A stretch of DNA of 64,000 bases, from positions 434,001-498,000 of the forward strand of contig CP070758.1 of assembly GCA_020348925.1 (NCBI GenBank). The letters are read 5' to 3'. Below are positions 30,009 to 40,342 of this stretch, in pieces; position 1 is the stretch's first letter, and each line of letters begins with the position of its first letter. A model generated the notes under the pieces. The model did not search any database and was not told the origin of the DNA. It worked only from the letters and a program-made list of their open reading frames with translations. A program made the position numbers and the translations under genes. The DNA comes from Gemmatimonadota bacterium (GTDB lineage: Bacteria > JBHIER01 > G020348925).

Positions 30009-32496
30009 TCACTTCATCAGCACCATCTTCTTCGTCTCACTGAAATCTTTTGCTTTCATGCTGTAAAAATAGATTCCACTGACCGCATTCTCGCCATTCC
30101 AGAGGACCGAATGGTATCCTGCCTCCATCTCAGAGTCTATCAGTTCAGCCATCACCTGTCCCAGAATGTTATAGACCGTAAGAGTTACGTGTGTGGCCTG
30201 GGGCAAGGTGAAGCCGATTTCGGTGTCAGGATTAAATGGATTCGGATAATTCTGATGCAAGGCATATTGCTGAGGAAGTGGTTCGACTACGATCTCAAAA
30301 GACGTCTTCCCACTTACTGAAAGTTCCTCAACTTTCCGCATATCTATTTCGCGACTGTCGACTCGTGCCGTGATTGTGAGTTCATCTGGCAGATGTGAAA
30401 TATCCCAGGTCACCTGCACCGCGTCCTCGCCGATATCGATCAGCAACATCCATCGACTGCTACCGAGGTTGCGAATATCCCGTTGAAGCTCAAAAACATG
30501 ACCATCGCTCATACTTAAGAAAGCACTCCGCTCATCTTTTGTTGGCCCAGGTGGTGGAAGGAGCAAATCAAAGTCACATTCAAAAACGTCACTGGCTGAA
30601 GCGGCCTGTCCAAACTCAAGTACGCTGGATTGCCTGCTGCCTGATATCGAAACATGTGAGACCCAATCGGCTTGTTTTAAATTCGAAGACGTCCTTTTGA
30701 TCGGTACATTCTCAGTTGATTTGACCTCGATGATGCAGTCTGTTAAAGCGAATATCCAATATCCGAGCCCCGGCTCAACGATGTCTGTGCCATAATAATC
30801 CTCACCGTTAAAACCGAACAGCGAGTTTGGAACAATACTGCTTTCAACAGCTGGCCGACCAGTGCTTAGATCGATGATGCTTGATACCGATACAGGCTCC
30901 AGCAAGGATCCAATGAGGTTCCAACCGGTTTTGAGGTGGAGAGTGTAATACTGCAAAGGATAGCCTATCAGATTGTATTGATTCCCTCCGGTGCAATGGA
31001 CGAAATATCCCAAACCTCCTTGGAGGAATTCCGCCGCCCTGTATGATCCGCTGTAATGCCAGTAAGGTCCATGATCGTACATTTTATCGAGGACGTCCGC
31101 TGAAACTGGAACCACTGGGAGTGATATAAGATTCCAATCCGGTTCCATGTTCAATTCAAATGCGATGTTTTGTGACGGTATTAGATTTGGCAATCCTATG
31201 AGGGTGAGTGTTGCATCATCCTCTTGAGGAGTATCCGGGTCATCCGAGGATTTTAAAGGCACTTCATTACTGGTAACAAAACCCTGATTCACAATCTCAG
31301 TGAGGAAGGGCAGGTTTTCGTTAAGCGTTACGCGGAAAGAGAGGGTTACTGATCTTCCTCCAAGCAACAGTCCGATAAATACAACGACTTCAGAATCGCC
31401 CTCCGTGTTACCGGATAGAACGAATCCGCGAGTGGTCGTTACAGTGCCTGTGTTCAAGGTTGTCTTTGTGTCGGGAATGTCTGAGAATTGAACATTGGTG
31501 ATATCCGTTGCAAGAGTATTGCTTGTGTTGGAAATAACTACAATATACTCAAGAACATCCCCTGGTGAGATGATACCATTACTGTCCGCATCAACAACAA
31601 GGTTATCTCGTTTTAACACTTCCAATACGAATACAGTCTGTTCCACAGTCACAATGATAGCTTCACTCTCATTACCAGCGCGGTCAACCGCTGTCACATA
31701 AACAGTATCGCCAACATCTATATATGAAGCAATCAAGGCTGCAAAACGCCCATTCCGATCGGCTTCCGCTTCTCCAAGAAGAGTCGTGAGTCCTTCGTTT
31801 TCATAGAATTTTACCCTCAGTCCTGATTCAAACCAATCCTGGCCTACAGATCCTGAGTCACCCTCGGCAAGACCGTCATCATAGATCTTAATCCGGGATT
31901 CCTCAGGCGGCCTTGGAGGTGTAATATCGACGAGAATATGCAATCCAGTATTCGGCTCGCCATCTTCAATATCCACCAAATTACTGGCTGTATCACGGCC
32001 TTTTATTCGTACTTGTGCAAGCCCCTCACAGGTTACATCGGCGCCGAGCAAGCTCCATGTGTATCGATACGATAGCGTGTCACAATGAGGGGGTCCATCA
32101 TTTAACCATCGTTCTACCTCAAAGAAACCTTCATAATATACCGGCACGCCGTCTATATCAACTCGTTCCCCCTGGGCAAAGATAAAGATATCCATAGAAC
32201 TCCAAAGCCGGCCGTTCCCCTCAACCGGGAACGTTTGATCGACCATGGTTGTAATCTCCACGTTCTGTCTGTTCGTTACTGGAATGTCACCGAGCGTCGG
32301 ATGGGAAATGAATGGTAACGGTTGCCCGTCGCCCTCTCGAGCATACTCGATGTTATAAATCGGATCCTTTGAATCGAGAACAACGTAGGTGGTAACCGGT
32401 ATAAACTGCAGAAAACCGTCAACAGCAAGATAAATCTCAGAAGAGATTTCCCACAATCCATCATCGAAGTTCGATTCGTCATAGACCACCCAGTCG
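30009..32496 (-). CDS. Large secreted protein, 5' part lost in gap (Ig-like, DUF11-like, T9SS/FlgD-type CTD)
   Basis: DRAGNES Ig motif, PGDVLEYIVVISN DUF11-like, WNLIS/GWNLIG repeats, QNYPNPFNP...KKMVLMK. Confidence 0.85.
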
Positions 32497-32596
32497 NNNN
32501 NNNNNNNNNNNNNNNNNNNNNNNNNNNNNNNNNNNNNNNNNNNNNNNNNNNNNNNNNNNNNNNNNNNNNNNNNNNNNNNNNNNNNNNNNNNNNNNN
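32497..32596. other. Assembly gap (100 N)
   Basis: Exactly 100 N; unrelated genes on each side. Confidence 0.99.
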
Positions 32597-33123
32597 AATC
32601 GGGCAACGGTCTCCACGTTGTGACTGATCACATCCGGCCCGGCATCGATGATTTTTTGAAGCGAGTTCACATTCCCATCAAAGTCCGGGATCAAAACCTC
32701 GATCGATATATTTTTACAAGCGTTTCGTATAGCCTTCACTGTAAAAGCAAAATGGGTGGCTCCACCATCGGACAAATCATCCCGGGTGACGGATGTAATC
32801 ACGCAGTATTTCAATGATAGCGCCTTCCACGCTTCAGCCACCCGGTCTGGCTCCTCCTCGTCCGGTGCTGAAGGGTGACCGGTTGAAACGTTACAAAATC
32901 GGCAGGCTCTGGTACACACATCTCCCAGAATCATAAACGTCGCCGTGCCCCGCCCCCAGCACTCCCCTAAATTGGGACAGGCGGCCTCCTGACAGACCGT
33001 GTGAAGACGCAATTGTTGCAGTGTCGTTGTTACGTTCTTGAAATGTTCGCCAACATACAGAGGTGATTTGAGCCACGCGGGTTTTCTCATTTTATGCAGT
33101 CTCTCGTCAATTGGAATGGACAC
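32597..33123 (-). CDS. lipA: Lipoyl synthase, 3' part lost in gap
   Basis: KPAWLK, CQEAACPNLGEC (CX4CX5C), CTRACRFC, ITSVTRDDL, HNVETV. Confidence 0.96.
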
Positions 33124-33230
33124 TCTAGAATGCGATTTGTATGAAATTATAATTTACACCGCCTCTGCTCAAAGTCAACCGAGATTTTCGTAAGCCGTTT
33201 TGAAAGAAGAAATTTTTTAAGGAATTTCCC

Positions 33231-33259
33231 TTGACTTTTTTCACCGAAAATTATATTCT
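33231..33259 (+). promoter_or_regulatory. sigma70-like promoter
   Basis: TTGACT-N17-TATTCT. Confidence 0.6.
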
Positions 33260-33380
33260 TGCTTTTTTGCAGATAGAAACCTTTGAAGGATACTGAATGA
33301 ATGGTGAGGAACGTGTTGGGCCTATAATGAACTCTCGATCTGATGCGTTCTTTTGTGTTTATATATTTGAAGGTGAAAGT

Positions 33381-35390
33381 ATGAGCCGCGGAGTCCGTAT
33401 GGTAAAAAAAATAGGCATCATAGTGTCAATCGTTTTTTTGTGTCTCTTCGGTCCTGTTGACGCCCAGGAAAACTTACGGGCCTGGCATACACAGGGCCAG
33501 ACCTTCTTGGTCTGGGAGCACGCGTTCGGTATTTCTACAGCCACTTTCGATATTTTTTCAGCCTCGCAACCCATCACCTCAATCGATACCGCGACGTGGC
33601 TCGGGCGGGTATTCGCCGGAAATGGATCAAACCTGCGCCTCAGTTCCTATGTTCCAAACTCGAGATGGAAGCTGCCGGATACCGCAGGGGGGACTGTGGA
33701 TGTGGACGAGGACGAGGCATATTTTGTCGTCACTCCACATACACCTGGCAATGTTTACTATGCTGTTGTCGTTACCGGGGACACACTCGTACGTTCAAGC
33801 AATACTGTCGGACCGATCGAGGAGACGGTTGACCCTGTGGGTATCGTCCTTCAGCATGAGGATGATAGCCTTCGGGTGTACGGCCACTGGATAGACGGCA
33901 GGAGTGATCCCGGGGCGGGTCGTCCGGGGTATCCCGTAATGGGGAACGAGCACTCCAATGGTTTTGGTTTTAACTTTGCCGTGTGGGAACCTTCCGGCGG
34001 TCGTCCCCAGGGTACCCTCCCCTTGGTTATGTATCTTCATCCATTGATAACGAGCCTCTTTTTCTTGCCACATTTCCCTTCCTTGGGAGGGATATATACG
34101 GAGAACTCAGGGGGCTTTGTTGTCACCTTTGACGATTATCTCATATTCAAGGATATCTTCGGTTTCGGCGTTGTGAATACGTATTGGGTCGGATATAATA
34201 CCGAATACAACCGTTTTGCTCCGGCGCAACCGAGTGATTCCGCGGTGGTCGTCGATTATACATGGCGCCGTGTCCGGTGGGAGCTGGATCGGGTCCTGGC
34301 AAACTTCCCCGTGGATACGATGCGTGTATCCATAATGGGGATGAGTATGGGAGGGCTGGGAACGCTTGTCTATACACAATTTCAGCCGGATTTTTACAGT
34401 GCCGGCTTGAGTTTTGTCCCACCCTCCGATTTTTCATTCATGAGTGATAGGCTTATCGGTACATCGGATCAAAATCTTTCGACAACCCTGGACGGGCAAC
34501 CGGGGATTTACGATGTCTTCAGCTGGAGCTGGCGTCATCGGAATCTCCATGGAAATCGCGGGGACTTCCCCTTTACAACGATCGTCAGCGGAAAAAAGGA
34601 CATATTTGTCGGCTGGAGGGATAAACCGGAATTATTTGAGCTTATCGATTCGACCCGGACCGGATATGCTCTCTACTGGGATGAGCGGGATCATTTCTTG
34701 TGGGACGGAGCCCACTTCCAGTTCTCAGAGCATGTACAGGCTTCGTATTTGACGAGGTTCCGCAGAGATCAATCCTACCCCGCATTTTCACGTACCGATG
34801 TGGATCTCGTAACTCCGGGCCGACAGCCGGATCCCGGAACAGGCGATCCTGCAAATGGGGATCCGTGGGGAACGTGGGGTGGGTATTTCGAGTGGGACCC
34901 GGAGAGTATTGTGGATACGGTGGATACCTGGGCGGTTACGATGTGGGTTGTTTCCCAATCACAATATCCCGGTGACGTTCCTGATGCTGACACAATTCTA
35001 ACGGACGTGACACCCCGTCGGCTGCAAGTATTTCAACCCCAAGCAGGCTTGTCCTATTATTGGGCTCTGGTCAAGGTTGCGAGCGGCGAGATCCTGCAGG
35101 AAGGAACCGTTCGAGCTGCCCTGAACGGTGAGATCATAGTGTCAGGATTGAAATTGGAGAAACAAGCTGCACGATTGACTCTTTTGGGGCCCGGGAAAAG
35201 GGGTGACATCATCCGGGATGGTGAGGTCAATATCCAGGATGTGTTGCGATGCGTAAATATAGTTCTGCAATTAACCGATGCACCGAGCGAATACGAGCGG
35301 TGGGCAGCGGATATGAACGGAGATGAAAACATAAATGTGCTTGATGTCTTTCGAATGGTGCGAATCATTTTAGATGCGGGTATTTATTAA
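33381..35390 (+). CDS. Secreted esterase/depolymerase-like alpha/beta hydrolase with C-terminal dockerin
   Basis: Signal peptide, GMSMGG elbow, GDIIRDGEVNIQD...ADMNGDENINVLD duplicated Ca-loops; start 33381 or 33399. Confidence 0.8.
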   Translation: MSRGVRMVKKIGIIVSIVFLCLFGPVDAQENLRAWHTQGQTFLVWEHAFGISTATFDIFSASQPITSIDTATWLGRVFAGNGSNLRLSSYVPNSRWKLPDTAGGTVDVDEDEAYFVVTPHTPGNVYYAVVVTGDTLVRSSNTVGPIEETVDPVGIVLQHEDDSLRVYGHWIDGRSDPGAGRPGYPVMGNEHSNGFGFNFAVWEPSGGRPQGTLPLVMYLHPLITSLFFLPHFPSLGGIYTENSGGFVVTFDDYLIFKDIFGFGVVNTYWVGYNTEYNRFAPAQPSDSAVVVDYTWRRVRWELDRVLANFPVDTMRVSIMGMSMGGLGTLVYTQFQPDFYSAGLSFVPPSDFSFMSDRLIGTSDQNLSTTLDGQPGIYDVFSWSWRHRNLHGNRGDFPFTTIVSGKKDIFVGWRDKPELFELIDSTRTGYALYWDERDHFLWDGAHFQFSEHVQASYLTRFRRDQSYPAFSRTDVDLVTPGRQPDPGTGDPANGDPWGTWGGYFEWDPESIVDTVDTWAVTMWVVSQSQYPGDVPDADTILTDVTPRRLQVFQPQAGLSYYWALVKVASGEILQEGTVRAALNGEIIVSGLKLEKQAARLTLLGPGKRGDIIRDGEVNIQDVLRCVNIVLQLTDAPSEYERWAADMNGDENINVLDVFRMVRIILDAGIY

Positions 35391-35502
35391 CCTGGATTAT
35401 TCATAAAATCTGTCAGAATATAACATAACACACCTCTTTATTTGACTTATAAAAGTTATTGGTTTGAACTTCGTTCGTTTATACTTTCCCAGTAACCCTG
35501 TA

Positions 35503-35593
35503 TGTCATTCCGGTTTTATACCGGAATCTCTTGAATAGAGAATCTGTTGCATCAAGCGAGGAGATTTCCCGATAAATCGGGACCGGAATGACA
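35503..35593. repeat. Composite palindromic miniature element, family B copy 2
   Basis: 12-bp terminal IR tgtcattccggt/accggaatgaca; shares cccgataaatcgg with copy 1. Confidence 0.75.
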
Positions 35594-35948
35594 GCTCATG
35601 AATAACTATGTAAGGTTGTGAATTCTTAGGAAAAATCCATTCACTTTACAATCTGAAAAAATCTAATTCTGCTGGTGAAACATTTCAATGTACGATTGGT
35701 CTCATTAGAGGGTTAAGGATACTAAACGTACATCTTGGAAAACCACCACAGGGATTTGGGACTAACAATCTTTTCAAGTAACATATTCTCAATATGTCAA
35801 GACCGATTCGAAGTGTCAAGCACGAATATTCTCGAAAAGAAAACGGGACATGATGGAGAGTTCAATGTTCTCGTGTTCTCCGATTGCTATGAAAACAGTA
35901 AAGTATTCGTCTTCCCTCACAACAAACAACATAGATAGGAGGCACATC

Positions 35949-38654
35949 ATGAAAGCGTTACAATTGTTGCTTTTGGCTGTGGGCTGTACAGTGATCACAG
36001 TCGTGGGTTCCCCTCAGGAGATGGCCGCTGCTGCGGATAACGTGGAGCACATACGGCAGGCCATTGTCGCTCAGGGCGCCAATTGGAAGGCCGCTGAAAA
36101 CTGGGTGACCAAGCTTACACCTGAAGAGCAGAGAAAACTCTACGGCGGCATGCGCAAACCGATCAATCCGTCGGAGGCGACGCTATTGTCCCTCCCGCAG
36201 ATCGATAATTTACCCCCAATGTTTGATTGGCGCGACAACAATGGCAGCTGGGTGACACCTGTGAGAAACCAGGGTTTCTGCGGAAGCTGCTGGGATTTCT
36301 CGGCGTTGGCCCAGGTGGAATCCTGGTGGAATATTCACAACCAGGATCCCCATTTGATGGTTGACCTCTCGGAGCAGTTTGTCCTCTCGTGCAGCGACGG
36401 TTCCTGCGACGGTTGGCCTGTTGAGGAAGCTTTGGATTTTATCATATCAATAGGGGGGGTTCCCACCGAAGCATGTTTCGAATATGGGGCCGATGACGCA
36501 ATTCCCTGCAATAATGCCTGCAGCGATTGGGCGGACGAAGCCATCACCATTCCGGGTTGGGGTTACGTCACATTACAGGAGAATAATGTTGAAAACATTA
36601 AAAACGCGGTTCTCAGACATCCCGTATCGGCATGTTATGATATCTATGAAGATTTCAACTATTACACAGGTGGTGTATATGAGCACGTCTGGGGCAATTA
36701 CTTGGCAGGCCATTGCATACTCATTGTCGGCTGGAACGATGAGGAGCAATGCTGGATCTGTAAAAACAGCTGGGGTGAAGATTGGGGTGAATCGGGCTAC
36801 TTCCGTATTCGGTGGGGAAACTGCGAGATGGGCGAGTATATTCCCTTCATATGGGATGACATGACGAGCGGGCCAGCCCTGGCCGTCTCCCCGGACCGCA
36901 TCGATCTCTCCATGAACATCGGTGAATCCGCATCGCAGACGCTTACTATTACGAATACGGGATCCGATGTTTTGGAGTTTTCGATTGTCGATTATGAAGT
37001 GCCGGTTGCCTTCCACCCCGACACCTTGATGGCCTGGGATAACCTTTCGTGGTGGTGCGGCGATCCACGAATTGGCGGTTACGGTGACTATTGGCTTCAA
37101 TATCTTGATACCCCCGTTCTGGACCTGTCCAATACAACCGATCCCCGTCTTTCATTTATGGGCTTCTGGTCAATTGAATCGGCAGTCAATCCGACTCCGC
37201 CATATGATGGATGGGATGGGTGCAACGTTTGGGTATCCGACGATGGGGGTGAGACCTTTCAGGTGGCCTCTCCCATCAGTCCCGGATATCCCTGCCGGCG
37301 TCTGTGGAGTTTCAGCCATCCCGATCGAGGTTGGGATCTTGGTCCGAATATTGGCGGCTGGGTGGGCATCAGCATAGGCTGGACTCCGTGTGAGTTTGAT
37401 CTGTCCGGTTTCAGATCGGACGGCGTCGTAATCAGATTCGCCTTTGCCTCAGATAAAGGCATGTGCACGATTGATGATCCCAGCCTCTATGGTTTCTTCG
37501 TTGACGAAATTCGAGTGACAGACGGAAGCGAGATCCTATTTGTGGATCATGGTGACACTTTTGATACCATGAGTGCAACCGGCTTCGGTGAATACATAAA
37601 CACCTGGCTCGATATTTCCGACGGCGTGGGGATGCTCCAACCCTCCGGATCGGCTCAATCGAATCTTACGATACATACGAGCGATTTAGGATCAAGAAGG
37701 TATCACGGTCGCGTTCGTGTCGTATCCAACGATCCGACAAATCCGGACGTGGAAATTCCGGTGATCCTGGAGGTATTGGCGGATGCAGACGAGGATGGTA
37801 TCATTGATCATAATGACAACTGTCCCGACCTATACAATCCCGGGCAAGAGGACGGGGATGAGGATGGGCTCGGGGATATCTGCGACAATTGCCCCAATGA
37901 CAGTAATCTGGATCAGTCCGATGCTGATGACGATGGCGACGGTGATGTCTGCGACCCGTGCACGGACAGCGACGGTGACGGGTACGGGGACCCGGGCTAT
38001 CCGGCCAATGTATGTGATGAGGACAACTGTCCCCTCGTCTCCAATCCGGATCAGAGTCCGGCCCAGAGGGGCGATATCGACTGCAATGGGGAGACGGATG
38101 TGCTCGATGTTTTGGCAGCGGTGAATCACACCCTGGCAATACTTCCTCTCGTCGGAAGACCCTTCGACAGGGCGGATTGTAACGCCGACATGAGTGTCGA
38201 TATTCTGGACGCCCTGGGCATGATCAACGTGATTCTTGGCCTGGGCGAGTGCGCGCCTGGATTCTTCAGCGCTGGGATCAGCCAGGAGGTGATGCGCTTC
38301 TGTGAGTCGCTCGAACAGTACCTTCCGGCTGATGAGTTCGAGCGGTTCATGGTCCTGGTCAAGGCGGAGGTAGTGATTCCGGCTGGGTACCGTCTTGCCC
38401 AGAACTATCCCAATCCCTTCAATCCGACGACGGATATCAGATATCGGATCGCGGATAATAGAGACCCTGCCCACATCACCCTGAAAATCTACAATACTCT
38501 CGGTCAGGAGGTGAAAATATTGGTGGATGAGGTCAAGGGGCCGGGGTATTATACGGTGACCTGGGACGCGTCCGATGTGGCCAGCGGAATCTATTTTTAC
38601 AGGCTGACAGCCGGCGAATTTACCGTAACGAAAAAAATGTTACTGATACGGTGA
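35949..38654 (+). CDS. Papain-like C1A cysteine peptidase + TSP3 repeats + dockerin + T9SS/FlgD-type CTD
   Basis: GGAGG RBS, signal peptide, QGFCGSCW, GHCILIVGW, KNSWG, DNCP repeats, GDIDCNG...ADCNAD, QNYPNPFNP. Confidence 0.92.
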   Translation: MKALQLLLLAVGCTVITVVGSPQEMAAAADNVEHIRQAIVAQGANWKAAENWVTKLTPEEQRKLYGGMRKPINPSEATLLSLPQIDNLPPMFDWRDNNGSWVTPVRNQGFCGSCWDFSALAQVESWWNIHNQDPHLMVDLSEQFVLSCSDGSCDGWPVEEALDFIISIGGVPTEACFEYGADDAIPCNNACSDWADEAITIPGWGYVTLQENNVENIKNAVLRHPVSACYDIYEDFNYYTGGVYEHVWGNYLAGHCILIVGWNDEEQCWICKNSWGEDWGESGYFRIRWGNCEMGEYIPFIWDDMTSGPALAVSPDRIDLSMNIGESASQTLTITNTGSDVLEFSIVDYEVPVAFHPDTLMAWDNLSWWCGDPRIGGYGDYWLQYLDTPVLDLSNTTDPRLSFMGFWSIESAVNPTPPYDGWDGCNVWVSDDGGETFQVASPISPGYPCRRLWSFSHPDRGWDLGPNIGGWVGISIGWTPCEFDLSGFRSDGVVIRFAFASDKGMCTIDDPSLYGFFVDEIRVTDGSEILFVDHGDTFDTMSATGFGEYINTWLDISDGVGMLQPSGSAQSNLTIHTSDLGSRRYHGRVRVVSNDPTNPDVEIPVILEVLADADEDGIIDHNDNCPDLYNPGQEDGDEDGLGDICDNCPNDSNLDQSDADDDGDGDVCDPCTDSDGDGYGDPGYPANVCDEDNCPLVSNPDQSPAQRGDIDCNGETDVLDVLAAVNHTLAILPLVGRPFDRADCNADMSVDILDALGMINVILGLGECAPGFFSAGISQEVMRFCESLEQYLPADEFERFMVLVKAEVVIPAGYRLAQNYPNPFNPTTDIRYRIADNRDPAHITLKIYNTLGQEVKILVDEVKGPGYYTVTWDASDVASGIYFYRLTAGEFTVTKKMLLIR

Positions 38655-38730
38655 TTTCTGCTGGCTTCTTGAGAGATTCTGAGGTTCACCATATGTTGAT
38701 TGCAGTTTCATTATGTGCTGGAGGTGGTCG

Positions 38731-39232
38731 GTGAAGCGTATTCCCCGGATGAAAAATACTGGAATGCGGATTGATACCCCCTACCTGTCCTCGATTTCCC
38801 TTGCAGCTGCGTTGATTCTCACAGTATGTGTCTGTGGGGGTCAGCAGCCTACAAGCCTTGATGACGCGCTTGCTCTCTACTACGAAAACAGATTGGAGCA
38901 GGCATTGCCGCTCCTCCAGCGCGTGGCTTCGCGGCAGGGGAATGATGCCGAGACTCACGCCTGGCTGGCTGAGACCTGCCGGCGGTTGAGAATGAAAGAC
39001 AACGCTGTGACCACTGCGATGAGAGCCCTCCAACTCGATCCATGCAACAGCTTCGCCCATACGGTCATTGCCGATGCCTGCCACCGTCCCCCCGGAGACG
39101 GGAAGCTGTCGGCCTCAGATACCACGGTGGTTCACATCAACAGAGCGCTAGGGTGCGATTCTACCGATGGAAATGGTTGGGTGTTTCTCTGCGTGGAAGC
39201 CATGCTCCGCGGGAAATTTGATGTGATGCGCA
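38731..39232 (+). CDS. TPR-repeat protein, truncated by gap
   Basis: GGAGG RBS + GTG, hydrophobic N-terminus, TPR-like helices (AETHAWLAE, ALQLDP). Confidence 0.7.
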
Positions 39233-39332
39233 NNNNNNNNNNNNNNNNNNNNNNNNNNNNNNNNNNNNNNNNNNNNNNNNNNNNNNNNNNNNNNNNNNNN
39301 NNNNNNNNNNNNNNNNNNNNNNNNNNNNNNNN
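39233..39332. other. Assembly gap (100 N)
   Basis: Exactly 100 N. Confidence 0.99.
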
Positions 39333-39333
39333 A

Positions 39334-40113
39334 GGCAATCTGACGAGTTTGAGGATCCTGAATATTGATTACACTCAGCTTTCAGGTTCCCTCCCTCCTG
39401 AGATTGGGAATTGTACGGAGTTGATACAGATATTTGCTGATAATAATCAACTGTCTGGTTCAATTCCGCCCGAGATCGGAAATCTTACAAACATGACAAC
39501 ACTTTGGCTTCAGACCAATCAACTCACGGATCTACCGGATTTATCTTCTGATACGAGTTTGACCGTATTGAAAATCCAAGAGAACAAGCTCACCTTTGAG
39601 GATATTGAGCCGAACGTCTTTGTCCCCGATTTCACCTATTCGCCTCAGGATAGTGTGGGCGAGGAACAGGATACCACTATAGAGCAAGGTTCAAGCCTGG
39701 AGCTTGCAGTTGCTGTCGGCGGAACGGCCAACCAATATCAATGGATGCAGGATGGGGTTGATATTCCAGGGGCAGAGAGTGGTTCATACGTCCTTGCCTC
39801 GGCGGATTCTTCACATGCTGGATCGTACGTTTGCAGGATCACCAGCACGATTGCCACCGAATTAACACTCTACAGTAGACCCATCAATGTGAGACTGTCA
39901 GGTGGAGGAGTATGTGAACGCGGTGACGTCACTTGCGACGGCAGTATTGATCTCTTTGATCTGCTCACCCTTGTCAATCACATATTGGGGACCCAGGTCC
40001 TGGAGAAGAATGCATTGTGGGCGGCCAATTGCAATGATGACGGAGAAATCGATCTTCTCGATTTGGTAGGTATTGTCAACGTCATATTGGGCATAGGCGA
40101 ATGTGAGCCCTGA
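39334..40113 (+). CDS. 3' part of a leucine-rich-repeat + Ig + dockerin protein
   Basis: Plant-type LRRs (NQLSGSIPPEIGNLT), YQW...DSSHAGSYVC Ig domain, GDVTCDG...ANCNDDG dockerin. Confidence 0.88.
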   Translation, partial: GNLTSLRILNIDYTQLSGSLPPEIGNCTELIQIFADNNQLSGSIPPEIGNLTNMTTLWLQTNQLTDLPDLSSDTSLTVLKIQENKLTFEDIEPNVFVPDFTYSPQDSVGEEQDTTIEQGSSLELAVAVGGTANQYQWMQDGVDIPGAESGSYVLASADSSHAGSYVCRITSTIATELTLYSRPINVRLSGGGVCERGDVTCDGSIDLFDLLTLVNHILGTQVLEKNALWAANCNDDGEIDLLDLVGIVNVILGIGECEP

Positions 40114-40342
40114 TTCCTAACTATTCTTGCGAGAAACATCGCATGTTTTACCTGGACTCAGAGCGGTGATTGCCATTCAAAATCAACATGTTCAGAAAAA
40201 TTTTCAAAATTCATATTTTCCAGGCTTTGTCCGATAGTTATATTTCTGGAAAAGTGGGCGCTTTCAGGGGTAAGGTGAAAGTGGTGATAAGGCCAATTGG
40301 ATTCGACAGACTATCGATCGATCCGGCTGGCCCGCAAAGTGC

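Noticed and set aside
32479-33123. lipA fused to or overlapping the large secreted protein
   Set aside because: Both ORFs run into the same N gap; the junction is artificial
35418-35445. dif site (XerD-like arm ATATAACATAA)
   Set aside because: No XerC arm at the 6-bp spacing
38713-40113. Single TPR-LRR-Ig-dockerin fusion protein from the ORF track
   Set aside because: The ORF reads through a 100-N gap of unknown true size; the two halves are probably different genes
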